64,000 nucleotides of DNA. It comes from Antedon mediterranea. Its lineage: Eukaryota; Animalia; Echinodermata. The stretch is taken from the NCBI RefSeq assembly GCF_964355755.1, contig NC_092679.1, positions 3,688,201 through 3,752,200 of the forward strand. Direction: 5' to 3'. A program made the position numbers and the translations under genes. Positions 38,501 through 50,837 of this stretch are shown in pieces; position 1 is the stretch's first letter, and the number at the start of each line of letters is the position of its first letter. Below the pieces are notes generated by a model, which saw only the letters and a program-made list of their open reading frames with translations, had not been told where the DNA came from and did no database searches.

Positions 38501-41500
38501 CCGCGTTGCTGATATTATGCCCTTATCTACCATTCAATTACTTAGGCCATGCATTTATAAGTGATAACTTACATTAGGTAGTGATTATTTTATTAATATC
38601 TTTGTTATAATTAATTCATCATTTTTATTATGTATATATTTACATTTAAAACAACTTATAATGTAACTAACTAATCAAGAAGTTCTCCAATTAATACAAA
38701 CAGGATAACAGAGTCATTAAAATGCATTCAATATAAATAATATTATTTGAAATTAATAGAGTTTTTTAATTTCTTTGTATGGTGTATTGTGGTAGCGTTC
38801 TGCACGACACACTCCAACACGCGCTGTGTGGAATTGGGGACTTGGGTCGTCTGGTGGCTGAGCTAATCTGACGAGAAGGTAAATATACCATCACACATTT
38901 GCTAAAATATCATTGCAGATAATTGAATTGATTTCGATCTACTACTCAACGCTACCGAACGCTACCGATCTGTTACCGAACCGTACTTGTATTACACGAT
39001 TACGAGCCTTATGACGTGTGTTGTAACACAGATACTGTGGTCGAGTGAACCTATATACAGCAAGTTTCCCGACATATGTTGTCAATCTGTATGTAAAATG
39101 CATATCAGCCACAAAGTTAATGAGAAAGAATTTATTTAATGATAAATTGTAATATTTATTAATTAATTATTTATTCGTTTGATCAACAAACAATATAGGC
39201 CTATTTACTTAACGATCATATGTTGGCTAATTTTAACTTATTTTAATATATACGTTAAAACCAAGCATTTGTTTTTTTTTTCATTCTCCAAAAATTTAGG
39301 AGTGATATATTAAAAATAAATATTGATACTATTGATACATCATTGTAATTAATATAAACTGTCTTGTTGTTTCAGTTGTTTGGCTGATTTTATTTTTTAA
39401 TTATTTCAACAATATTTAAATAAAAACAAAATAACGACGATTAGCTAAGCTTAACTGAAACATGTCAATGTTAAAAATTGTCGTTTTAAATTCCAAGTCG
39501 TTATTTTTAGCAATTTAATATAATTATGATTTATAAAGAAATGGTTTTCGAATAAATAAACGAACTAAATAATTTTGTTACACCATTGAAAAACAAACAT
39601 TTTGTGATAGTACAGTTTTAATGGTCTTCATTTTAAACCGATTAGGCCTATATCAATATATGGGATATTACGACAGCACATAAGACGGGACTGACATAGG
39701 TCTCGAATTCATGTCTCCTCATATCCCAGTCCACCAACGTATCCTTCGTGTCATCGCTTTTCATTCATTGTATCAATAATTTGTACAAAATCGTCTTCTA
39801 AAAAAATTTAAATCTAAGACATTGTGTTGATTACAAAGTAGCTATCATAACCAGAGCAAGCCACTCACTGGCACGTATGACTAAGTCGCCGAGAATGCTA
39901 TTTAGGCAGAAGTAGGCCTAACTATATCTCACGAGTAAGTTCGATACGCGGACGAAAGACAGTAGTGGCCGTTAAGTGACTACAATGATGACGCTAATAC
40001 GATTTACTTTAAATTACAGGCTTCTCTTGCCCATCTGTACATCAGATTACAATGAAATATATTACAACTGAGTGCTTTACAGTTAATTAACGTTGATGGT
40101 TTCTAGCATTTTTTAAAGATTTTCGTAACAAGGAAAAGTTTAATGACCTGGTGTTAATCAGGGAAATGTTTTTGTATACTTCAGATTTTCAAGGTGGCTT
40201 CTATTCCTATAGGAATACATGCCATAGTATTAATAACAATAATTGCTTATTGATATCAACGTGTCGACGTTAAACGACGTACGGAATAATTAATTAGAAC
40301 ATCATTGTTAATTAATTTGTAACTAATATTTTGATTTAAGCTATATTAAATTTTGATTTAATATGTTTAATATTGTATCGACTCGATTTTTTTGTTCACT
40401 TTTTCTCTAGTAATATTGTTATCAGAGTAGTTACTCGAGCTCTCTCTGTACCTATATTTTTGGGTTTCGATTAACATAATCTTAAATGTCTATTTGTAAG
40501 ATGTGTCAGAAATTCTTTAATTTTTACTAATTACCCGATACAGATATGATTTTATGGCGATACACTGTGCATAACATTCACTATGCCTCGAAACATAACA
40601 TTATTTTGGAAAGTTAGATGTGGAGACGAGGGAGAAGTTCCGGCTGTCAGTGCACGGAGGAATTTAGATTGAAGTAGATTTGTATAAGTCTGACCATAAA
40701 ATGAACTACTGTCCATTCTGCCACTCTTAGTATCCTTGTGTACATCATTGTGTTTGAATTGAATATACATTTGTGCTGTCAGTATTGTATTAAGTAAAAT
40801 ATGAATTGTAGGAAAAGCATAGTTGTCAATAAAGTAGAGTTGTTGAATAGTAGATTTTAAGAAGAGAGGATTCGATCATGTCACATACTTGTACATCAAT
40901 CTTTATGATATCTAGTACTTTCAACAACTACTTGTAATATTTATGTCATTGTGCGTATATATCACAAATAGATGCACAATTTGACGTGTACAAATGTTGA
41001 TGAAAATGAACGGATTGTGTATGCGCGCGTATACACCACGTCACTGATTTTTTAAAAAGAAACTTTAAACTATGGAGACTTTAACTATACGCTTATTCGT
41101 TTACCATAACATAATTGGTCTATTGCACTCGTTTGTATGACGGCTACCGTAAAAAAAACTTAGTAACATGCGGACAAGAACACAAATCTTGTTTCTTATT
41201 GTTTAAAGATATATTGTCCCACAAAAACATGAAAAATAAATATTAATAAAATCAGACTTTAAATAGGCCATTGCACAGTTTTAATAAAGTTATTCACAAA
41301 AAATAAATATAGATTTCACTTAGGCCTATAAAAAGACAAACGAAACGTTAATGTTAACCAAAAACCATTCTCTGACAGACAGTATTTTTTGCTTTTTTCA
41401 GGCAAATCATTTTTTTGGTCAAAGTGAATAACTATTAATAGAAAAAAAATATTTAGGGGAACAATATATCTTTAATTTATTGTTTAATTTTTTATCTTGT

Positions 41501-43055
41501 GAAGGCAATATAAAATATTAATATTTATTAAGTATTTTATAAGTACTACTGGTAATGAAAACTGTAGAAAATATTAGGAATATCCGAAAACCACCGGCAT
41601 AATAATATGATCATTATTAACTTTTACGTAGGCTACTTATTTTTCCACATTGACGGGTTACGAAGTCCCTCAACTGTATCGCAGTTGGATTAGCAGGCAA
41701 ATTAGCATTTCTCTGAGCAAATTACATGGAATAAATGAATTAATTTGATTTCAGGCTAACACTAAATTCAATCATCGGCTAATCATATTAAACATATGCC
41801 ATTTTACACGATAATGAAGGAGAAACTGATAAACAAGAAGAATGGCAACCGGGATGACACATCATGAAATAATATTACACTGTGTGCGATTCTAAAACAA
41901 AATCACAGCGCGCATTTTTAAAGCCCTATTTGGTGGAAAAGGACGCAAATCTAAGATTGGTTATTATACAATGTGCTTAGTGCAATAGCCAAATTAATTT
42001 CGTGCTTTTTTTCCTCAAATTGTTGGGGAGAGGTCAACGAATGAATCGCACTAGAGATATATTTTCATACAATAAAATGGAAGTTTCGTTGATGGGTTAT
42101 TCGTCCAAACGTAGGTTGCAAAGAAGCACATTCTGTATGTGTTTTCAATCCAAATTCGCAACAAACCAATCCTAATTTCAATATAATCTGATTGCATTTT
42201 TATCTATATGTATATAGGATTATTAATTCGTCCAAATGCTTAATTCATTTACACATTCAATAGTTTGTTAACCTTGTTATAGGCCTATAAAGTATTTGTT
42301 TTACATCACATCTCAAAATACATTCTAGTTTTACTTTTAGCTAGGATCCTGATCATAATTACTCATTCGTATATGAAATGTTGCAACATCCTCACAAATG
42401 AAAATGTGTTGTGGATAAATCCAACTTGTTCATTTTGTTCTTTAAGCTCGTATACTTTGTCATATCTTAACGAGTCTATAGTAATATTTGTCATTTTTAT
42501 GTATGAAATAATGGTTTATTTTTCTAAGCTAGGCCTAGTAGGTCTACGTATCATAAGCGCTTGGAAGAAATATATCGTTACTGTATTATCTTTGACACAA
42601 CTCCATCATTTCGTTCAAAACGATGATTATCAATTTTGATGATATATAGAAATAAATGTACATAATAAATAGTAATATAATTTTGTTTTGTTCTTACCAG
42701 ATGTCCGTGATATAAGTTGTTCATGAGATGGTTGCCTTGCTTGCAATAAACCACTTTGAAAACCTAGCGCAAGAGAAGGAACATACGCAGGCTTTCCAAA
42801 ATACATAGGCAGAGGAAAATCATGCGGAAAACCGAAAAACGTCGGCGATCTAAGCACAGGTGCCGGCCGAGGACTTTGCTTCTCCGTATCCCCTAGCCCC
42901 AAAAGTTCGTGAATCGCAAACGGACATCGCTGAGGTGTTGTCGGGCCGGAGCTACGTGAACTCGGCGACGAAAGTGAACTATTTGTCGAGGGTGATCTCG
43001 GATGCATTTTGTCCTGAAACAGAGTGTAAATCTCCCTTTGAAATCGTCCACACAT
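29532..43055 (-). CDS. Vsx: Visual system homeobox (Vsx/Chx10) paired-like:CVC transcription factor, 5 exons (43055-42698, 37022-36929, 35784-35661, 30349-30175, 29869-29532)
   Basis: Octapeptide FAIHELLGL; homeodomain [60 protein letters not shown] (Q50); CVC domain [30 protein letters not shown]; OAR motif [15 protein letters not shown]. Splice phases are consistent. Confidence 0.97.
29946..30103. mobile_element. Palindromic Harbinger-type MITE (family B) in the last Vsx intron
   Basis: About 40-bp perfect TIR AGCCGATTTTCCACTAGGCGAATTTGTTCGCGCGAATCGAA with TTA on both flanks. Confidence 0.9.
31297..31682. repeat. 38-bp minisatellite, about 10 copies
   Basis: Unit TGTGATTGGTCCACTTTATTTACGTGAAAATATCGAAA. 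Confidence 0.95.
32942..33243. repeat. ~45-bp minisatellite, about 7 copies
   Basis: Unit GTTTCTACCAATACCAAAACATATGAGACTATAGTTTTATCTTTAA. Confidence 0.95.
35295..35434. mobile_element. MITE family A copy (left end deleted)
   Basis: Internal motif plus right TIR TTTGATAGTGTAGACAGAGCT followed by TTA. Confidence 0.8.
35812..36290 (-). mobile_element. 5'-truncated non-LTR retrotransposon (CR1/L2/Rex1-group) 3' end with (TTGAA)n tail
   Basis: [18 protein letters not shown]...[14 protein letters not shown] resembles a post-RT C-terminus. The (ATTCA)n tail at 35813-35832 lies next to the homeobox exon acceptor. Confidence 0.75.
41207..41471. mobile_element. TTAA-flanked non-autonomous DNA transposon (Kolobok-like)
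   Basis: TTAA-AGATATATTGTCCC ... GGGAACAATATATCT-TTAA. Confidence 0.7.
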
Positions 43056-43299
43056 CTGTCATTTGTTTATGTATATTCACATGCAGGTTTCCTAGTTTTA
43101 TCGAGAATGTTTATTTCTTTTGAAACATGAAGAGCTGTGGAAATCTGTCGTTTAGACAGAGCCTTTTGGTTGTTGTCTGGTTTGAGGAGTTACCAAATTT
43201 AATTGCGTGGATGTTTCCCGAAAGTAACAAGATGAGCAGATTTTGTAACGGTGTAAGGTAATGTAGCAAGAAAAGGTAAACATAAATGAGTTAGTTATC

Positions 43300-43670
43300 C
43301 GCAAGTACTATCTAATTAGCTATTGTCTAATCAACATCGACCGCCCACTAATTGACATATCAATGCTAGCAAACGTCAATCAAATACAACGTTTACGAAA
43401 GTGGTATAGTAGACATAATATTTCATTCGCTTCGGCTGCTGATGAGTACTGTCCAATGCGCATGCTCATATGATGAGTAATTTGATTGGCTGATTTACTT
43501 TCAGATTTCACTATGCTAAATATAGGTAATACATGCTATTGGTCAATTGTTACTGATGGCGCGTGCTACTACGCATGCTCCTCTGAATTGTTACGTACTG
43601 ATTGGTTGATCAAACTAAGGCGCGCTTAGTACTCGGAACACAAAACGAATGCTATTGGTGAACTATTGTG
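43300..43670 (-). promoter_or_regulatory. Putative Vsx proximal promoter
   Basis: Locally CpG-richer. About five CCAAT/ATTGG boxes, CGCATGC motifs and TAATTAGC/TAATTG homeodomain sites just upstream of exon 1. Confidence 0.5.
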
Positions 43671-44478
43671 ACATCATCTAATAATGTTTGCAAAACAAGC
43701 AATTTAGGTTATGGTTAAAAAATGAAACATTTTCATTTTAATTGCATTGATTAAGTGATTGTGAATTATGATCTAAATTACATTATGATATAAAAAAAAC
43801 ATGATTAAGCTAAGCAGTGGTTTTATATGAATATCAATAATTCATGAATAAAACATGAAGAAAATATTGACGCATTGTTATCATTGATGTTCAGTTCATT
43901 AAATTTATCCAAATTATACATTATTCGGTCCTCTAATCTACGAAATTATTGTGAGTTTGACATAATTTATAATTCAAAAATCTACAAAATAACTATTATT
44001 TGTCATATGACTATTGATTGCAAATTACAGCAACTGGGGTTTTTATTATATTCAATGCACTTTTGAAAATATGAAACTATTATCCCGAGCCCGTACAGTA
44101 TATCCAATGCGGTTTATTTATTTGTATTCGTTGACCGTTTGTTGACACCGCTAACAGTATAGCAACACATCATTTTTAATGTCTACGTTATATACGGTAC
44201 TGTACATACGTTATGAATGTATTGTTATGTGAATATGAAATGTAATTAACTATAACGTATATCAGTAGTGGTCTTTAATTGGAGTCCCTTTACTAAAGGA
44301 CCAGCTATCTTCAAACTAAGGGTAATATAGTGACGATTTCTATCTACGAAATTCAACAGTAGGCACATGATGACGTCATTACCCTTATTCATGAGAATCA
44401 GCTCGAGATATAAATATGGAACCGTGGGTCAACACCACTTATCAACTTGCAGTTAAACGTTCCTCTTGTATCAACTGC

Positions 44479-44628
44479 AGCTCTGTCTACACTATCAAAC
44501 TAGTTTGACAATAACAGTGTGGTGTGCCCAAATATGGTAGTGATATGCTTAAATATAGTAGTGATATGACATCATCATTTCTATATATGGGCACATCACA
44601 TTTTGTTTGATAGTGTAGAAATAGAGCC
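44479..44628. mobile_element. MITE family A copy
   Basis: AGCTCTGTCTACACTATCAAACTAG left TIR, shared interior, degenerate right TIR. Confidence 0.82.
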
Positions 44629-44737
44629 TTACACGTTTCTCTATTTTATTTGTATCAAACAAGTTAAATGTAGAGGGCGGTTGAAGATCTGACACTAACA
44701 ATTGTACTTGTCCAGATATCCTGCTCATAATGAACGG

Positions 44738-47700
44738 TCAACACTTTCTAGTAAATTGATAAAGTTTCTGCCAATGAGGACGCTTGTAACGGGTGACGTA
44801 AGTTTTTCCGAATTTCGTTTTGAAGACTCGACCATTTCTGAAAAAGTAAACGTATCCTGGAAGAAAAAATAGTTGATTCTAATTGTTATGTTAACGAACA
44901 ACAAAGCACATTTAAATCAATATAAATCTCGAGTACACCAGCAGTGAAGTCAACTGATACTATGTATCCGTTAATGACGGCCATGTGTCTTCAGAAAAAG
45001 AAGGCTCCAAGAACAGTGATTATTGTATTCCTATGAATTAGATTAGAAGAACCAAATTTGCACAAAGTTGAAATAAATAAATTACCTTTCTGGTGATACG
45101 CAGCGTTAACATCTCTTGGTAGCTTCTTCCACATACTAGATATTTTCCTGGGATAGCCACTCTCAATTCTGTATGTCGACACATCTACCTTCCATACGTG
45201 TTTATTTTTAAACAGGTATAGGCCTTCTTCATCGGATTCAAAAACAGACAGAGCGGCATCCACTCCTTTAGGCATCTCTTTTTGTAGTGGCCTAGCCTCG
45301 AATATCGGGTACTGGTGCGGTCCTCTGTATACGTACAAATATCGCCCTACGGACAGATAGACAATTGTATGTATTAATTTTGTGCTCAATCGGAGGAACT
45401 TAAAAGAAACTCGGTATCGTATCTTTTACAAAAGGTACCTGTACTTGAATTAAAGCATAGACACAGCTATATATAGGCCTACCAATAAATGAAGGTAATC
45501 ATAGGTTAAAGCATAGTGTATACCTTTCACAAAGATTAGGGCCCTGTCTGTATAACGTTCATACACAGCCTCGATGTCAGACGGGAGATTATACCAATAC
45601 GAAGATGCTAATTCACCATCCTCGCTTGAAATCATTGTTCCGTCTTCCTTCATTCGCCAAATTCGATTGCCCTTCAAAATGTAAAGATATAGTACTTTGT
45701 ACCTTTTTTCGGTCACACTCTAGAGTATGTCCGACGCGTCTTATATCGACGCGATCCATTTTGTCCTTTCTTAACCATCTTGTTATCTTTCTTTTTTATT
45801 TCTTCACACATTTTTGTTTGTGACGTCACAAATTGCGTTCGTAGTCTCGTATTTATACCATCGGTGTAATGTTCACTAGCTTATAGGCCTAGGTCATGTC
45901 GTCGATTGCCGCCACTGTCATCAATAGCTAACTAACACGCATGCGTTGCTCTTCCCGACATCATTTTTTGACAAGATCTATTTTCTAATCTATTGTCCTC
46001 GTCATCTTCGACGTATATCCGTTTTCAACACTCGTAGACCACCACGAGTTTAACCACCGTCCTCCTATTATCAGTAATCGTTTCCGCCGTCGTCGTTGTC
46101 GTTGTCAAAGACGTCATTTTATAATATAGTCCTCACTGTACGTTTCTAGAACGAACGGTTACCTTAAATATCATTATTTCCCCTCTGTACTGTGTAACGC
46201 CATCCAAAGACCAATCGCATTTGGTTGTCAGTCGGTTCTTGTTTGAATTTGAGTTTTTAGGCCTATTGATTAAAATATTTTTATTTTTCATATTATGTTT
46301 TTTATTCGTTGACTTTTGACTTTTGCTGACCGGTACTATCCTCCCAGTCTTAGCTCCTTCTGTTTTACGTCTTTTGTGTTTGCCTGGAAAAGAGAATAAT
46401 TTAAATGTTAAGCTCTCTATACACTATCAAACTTTATGTGACAAAAAATGTGATGTGCCCATATATGGAATGTTGATATCATATCACTACATATCATATC
46501 TTTAGGCATATCACTGCCATATTTGGGCACATCACACCTTTTTTGTCGAACTAGTTTGATAGTGTATAGACAAAGCCTTACATTTATTATTGTTGGTCCT
46601 TAAGCTTAACTGGAAACTGAGGAAATTTGGATTAGGTCCACACCCGGACCCACGGCGGCCAGCAGTGCAGCACCTACCAAGCTAAAGAATGTATAGGCCT
46701 AAGAACACGGGGTCGGGAAATTCTATTTTGTTTTAACTCACCATATATGTGTTGAATTCCCTTGACGTCATCTTCCGATAATGTGTACCCATCTTTAAAT
46801 TCTTGGTAATTTTCCCACATTAGTGACGTGGGCACTTTTGAATGGGCTAACCCAATCACGTGACCCATTTCATGAGCAGCAACTATAAATAGGTTCATTT
46901 TCTTCATCATACCTTTTTCGAAAAAAATTATACAATTACAAATAATAATACGGATCCCAATATAATATCCTAATACAGTAATGGTGTAGACTATGGGGCG
47001 CCATACGCAAAAAAAGTATCATGCTAAAATACAAAATTTTACAATAAATGCGATGTATATTGTCGCGCCCGGTAGCATACTTTCGTAGATACACAGACGT
47101 CACTCCTATTCAATAAGGTAGCGAAATATAAAAAATGAATAATTGTTTTGCATCGCTTACCTACGAAAATTAGCGCCCGATAATTTGTAAAAAAAAATCT
47201 CCGTTTAAATGAATGAATACGGGGCGCATTGTGTGGCATTAATATTTAGTTTTTTTTTTATTCAGAGGGCGCTATTACCTTTATTGGATTTCCATGTCCA
47301 ATATTCGTCATCATCAAAGTGAATGTCCCCATTCAACTCTCCATAACCACCCATTAAGTGGTACGCATGTGCAAGAGTGCCTCGAGGCCCATCGAACTCA
47401 ACCTTGTCTCCATGAGCACGTTTTTTGAAGTTGATATTAGTGTTCGCTAATTCATTTTTGCCAACTTCTCTGAAAACTAACGGAGAAACGTCGCTCCAAA
47501 GTTGAAATGCTTCTTTAAATAATTGTGGAATGTCTTGTCTACAGATATCTGTTTTACTAGGCCAGTTATCAATTCTGTAAACACAAACATAATTTTGTTT
47601 TAAATTAATAATTATAACATAATTTCAATCATTTCAAACAGTTTGTGTTGGCGACCAAGAAACCAAATGAACAATTTAAAAAATACTTCCGTCGTTCTGG

Positions 47701-49590
47701 TCCTCCTCCGTGCCCTGAACAATTCTACCTGTGTCTATTATGTGTTGAAACCTCACCAAACCTCTGTGTTAGATTAACAAATTATTAGGCCTATAAAATA
47801 TCATTTAGTTAGTGTTTCTTTACTAATTCTAGAAGGAAAAAGTTTGTGTTGGCCGTCAAAAAAATCAAATGAACAATTTTAAAATACTGCCGGTATTCTG
47901 GTCCTACTGGCCCTAAACAATTCTACCTGTGTTTAAAATGTGTTGAAACATCATCAAACCGCTAGTGTTATCTCTCATCATCAAAAGGAAAGCACCATGC
48001 AGGTTAACGGCATTTTAGGAAACCATTGTAGTGAACTTAGTAATCTTCGTGTTAATAAAATTGATAATTTACAGAATTAGTCACTATACTCAGAAGGCTG
48101 CAATTGGCATTCATGTTGTGAAGAAGTTCACAACGTACTAGATGTGCCAATGGCTAGCACTATCATGAATGTTACCAATTAGACCTACGACCCAGATTTG
48201 TAATAGAACTCTGTCTCCCTTCTCTTCTATTCACACTTAAATTCTAATTTAATAATTAATAAACCATGTGGAGATTTTGTTTTTATCAGTGTTGCAGTAC
48301 ACCACGAGTTCTGAAAAGAACTGTTGAGTTTCTCAACGTTTCGATCTATATACCTTGATCGTCCTCAGGAGTGAGAATGCAGAAGGTCCAGGAAATTAGG
48401 AATAAAGTGTTATTGTTATTCACCTGTATGTAATTTCTCTTTTAGGCCACTTCTTCGTATAGAATTCAAAGCGTTTACATCTCTTCTTCGTACATAGCAT
48501 TTCCTCTTCATGGAACCCGCATTTCAACACCTTCGTTGTATTGGAAACGGGCTGTTAATACAAACAAACATACATATTGTAACCAACAATGCATTGTTGA
48601 ACAAAGAGTGAAATGTGTTCTAAACCTAGGTTGACAAAAAAAATGTGATGTGCCCAATTATTGTAGTGATATGACGTTCCATGGGCACATCACATTTGTT
48701 TTCTCATAAAGTTTGATAGTGTAGACAGAGCTTAAGATGTTCCACAAAATTTACTACATATACAGACAATGATTGTTAGATATATTGAAAATGACATTGT
48801 TTGTAATTTCCTCCTACGATGTTTTGTAGAGATACTTGTCATATTTGTTGTGTTTACTGTAATGGTCTCATTTTAAAACGTGTAATGTTTTTATTTATAG
48901 ATCTTAATATAAATACCAACTGTATTGAGCTAACATGGAATGTAAACATCATAATATGTCGATTATATAATATGTCCATTGTTTTCATTTTCTGTTTTTG
49001 GAAACAACGACCCAACACATGTGAAAGGACACGTACGCCTACTGCGCTCAGATTCCAATGGTAAACGCATATCAAAGTCTCGATAAAACTAACTTATGTT
49101 TTTCATAGGCCTAATTGAATTTTCACAATGTTATTGGACTGTCTAAACTATCACAGTAGGTATGTAAACGTATATTCTGTGCTAAATTAACTTAAGGGTT
49201 TAGAAATTGCTTCCATAGTTTTGTGAGAGAAAGCATCCCTCAATTCATCGGTACGTAAACCAAACAAATATTGATTTTTGTGAACTTAAATTTCTTCAAA
49301 TATTTCGCGCTCTTTTTTCTCAATAAAAACACGATTCATTTTAATTTGCTTTTCGCGCTTTTTTATTCGCGCTTTCCTAATTTAATTTGTATGCTTTTCT
49401 AATTCCTGATGTACCTTTCCTAAAGAATGAGGGACCAAATTAGAAGTATAACCAAACTAAAACTATTAATTAAGAGTATAATGCCGATATTTACCTCTTC
49501 CTTGGATATCTTCCCATCTATTGCCGACAAACCAGTCACCATAGTAACGTAAAGCGTAATAACCAAATTCATACTTTTCCCATTGAACAT
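44738..49590 (-). CDS. Matrix metalloproteinase (M10A) with hemopexin domain, 8 exons
   Basis: Signal exon 49590-49495; 48551-48424 (LKCGFHE...RCKR FEFYTKKW); 47575-47278 (HGDKVEFDGPRGTLAHA...GDIHFDDDEYW); 46912-46742 (AAHEMGHVIGLAHS, Met-turn SLM); 46383-46163; ~45673-45523; ~45347-45085; ~44856-44738. Four hemopexin blades and a terminal Cys. Confidence 0.93.
46411..46577. mobile_element. MITE family A copy
   Basis: Both TIRs present; shared interior. Confidence 0.85.
46585..46680 (-). mobile_element. 3' fragment of the SINE at 27150
   Basis: Reverse complement matches 27275-27360. Confidence 0.8.
48332..48371 (-). ncRNA. Minimal hammerhead ribozyme motif (Penelope-like remnant)
   Basis: Minus strand reads CTC-CTGAGGA-C-GATC(10 nt)GATC-GAA-A CG T-T-GAG. 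Confidence 0.68.
48625..48732. mobile_element. MITE family A partial copy
   Basis: Right TIR followed by TAA; shared interior. Confidence 0.75.
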
Positions 49591-49763
49591 CTTAAATTCA
49601 ACTGAAAGATATGTAATGTAGATTATTGAGAGACAAATGAGGAATGACCATCTGGGCAATCTGTCCGTGTCAAACCCCAACTAGCATCTCGTGCATAACA
49701 AAATATACTGCGCCGAGTCGTATTATTGATCCAATACACGCTCAAATGTAATCCTAATCTGCT

Positions 49764-49772
49764 CTATTTATA
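49764..49772 (-). promoter_or_regulatory. Candidate TATA box of the MMP gene
   Basis: GTATAAATAG on the minus strand, about 175 bp upstream of the proposed ATG. Confidence 0.45.
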
Positions 49773-50160
49773 CTCCTAAATTTTTTTAAGTAACTATATA
49801 CATTCCGAAGTAGCCACATTATCTCTGCACAGAGGGACACCTAGAGTATAGAACCGATACAGCGATGGTCCCTCGTGATATTTCCCATAAGAAGTGTTTG
49901 GGGTATTTCGGGAACGCTTCCCCTCGGGGGATAGCGCTGTTTGCTATTGAATCATAATACTAAAAATTAAAAAGAATTTTGCTGTAAGATTCGAAAATAA
50001 CATTAGGTCATATGATATGAAATTCTATTTATAGGTGTTTGGTAATTGTCACAGTTGGGAAACGTGGGATGCTAAATGGTCTGAATGTAGACCCAATTAT
50101 GATGATGTAATTTTTGTAATTTAATTCAAAATCAGGCGCGTAAAAAGTGCGTTCATATTA

Positions 50161-50317
50161 AGTCTTGTCTAACACTATCAAACTTTATGTGAAAACAAAA
50201 TGTGAAGTGACCATAATGGATATGATGATGTCATATCACTACCATGGCATATCACTAACATGATTTTGGCACATCACACGTTTTTTGCCAAACTAGTTTG
50301 ATAGTGTAGACAGGGCT
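50161..50317. mobile_element. MITE family A copy
   Basis: TIRs with TTA on both flanks. Confidence 0.85.
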
Positions 50318-50700
50318 TTACCTTCTACAATAACCATGATCACATGATTAGAAATGAATAGAAGCAAAGTACAATATGGGGTGAATGAGGGAGTGTGGAT
50401 GATTATTGTAATCGCAGTATCGGCTGTTTTATGCAAATCAAAGAAACAAAATCACAACTAAATTATCTATCACCCGTGAAGGAAAAACACGGTTTCAAAT
50501 TGTTCTCATTGTTACTATTAGAAGAAGGCAAATATAAATATATCTTTTAACAAAGACCAAGTAACCTATTTACTTCAAAGGTTACGTGAACATTTTCTTC
50601 TGTTCTCACGAATATTTTTTAGAACTTGTTGCTATTAATTGGACTTTTTGCTTCAAAGGTTTCCCCATCCAGGTCTTGTATATTTCTATTGATGTTGTTA

Positions 50701-50837
50701 AGGTCTGTCTACACTATCAAACTATTTTGACAACAAGTGTGATGTATTCACATATGGTAGTGATATGACATTATCATATCCATATATATGGGAACATTTT
50801 TTTGTCACATAAAGTGTGATAGTGTAGACACAGAACT
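50701..50837. mobile_element. MITE family A copy
   Basis: TIRs with TTA on both flanks. Confidence 0.82.

Noticed and set aside
40552-40770. 72-aa sense ORF within Vsx intron 1 as an alternative exon or nested gene
   Set aside because: No recognisable domain or convincing splice sites; cannot be supported without RNA data.
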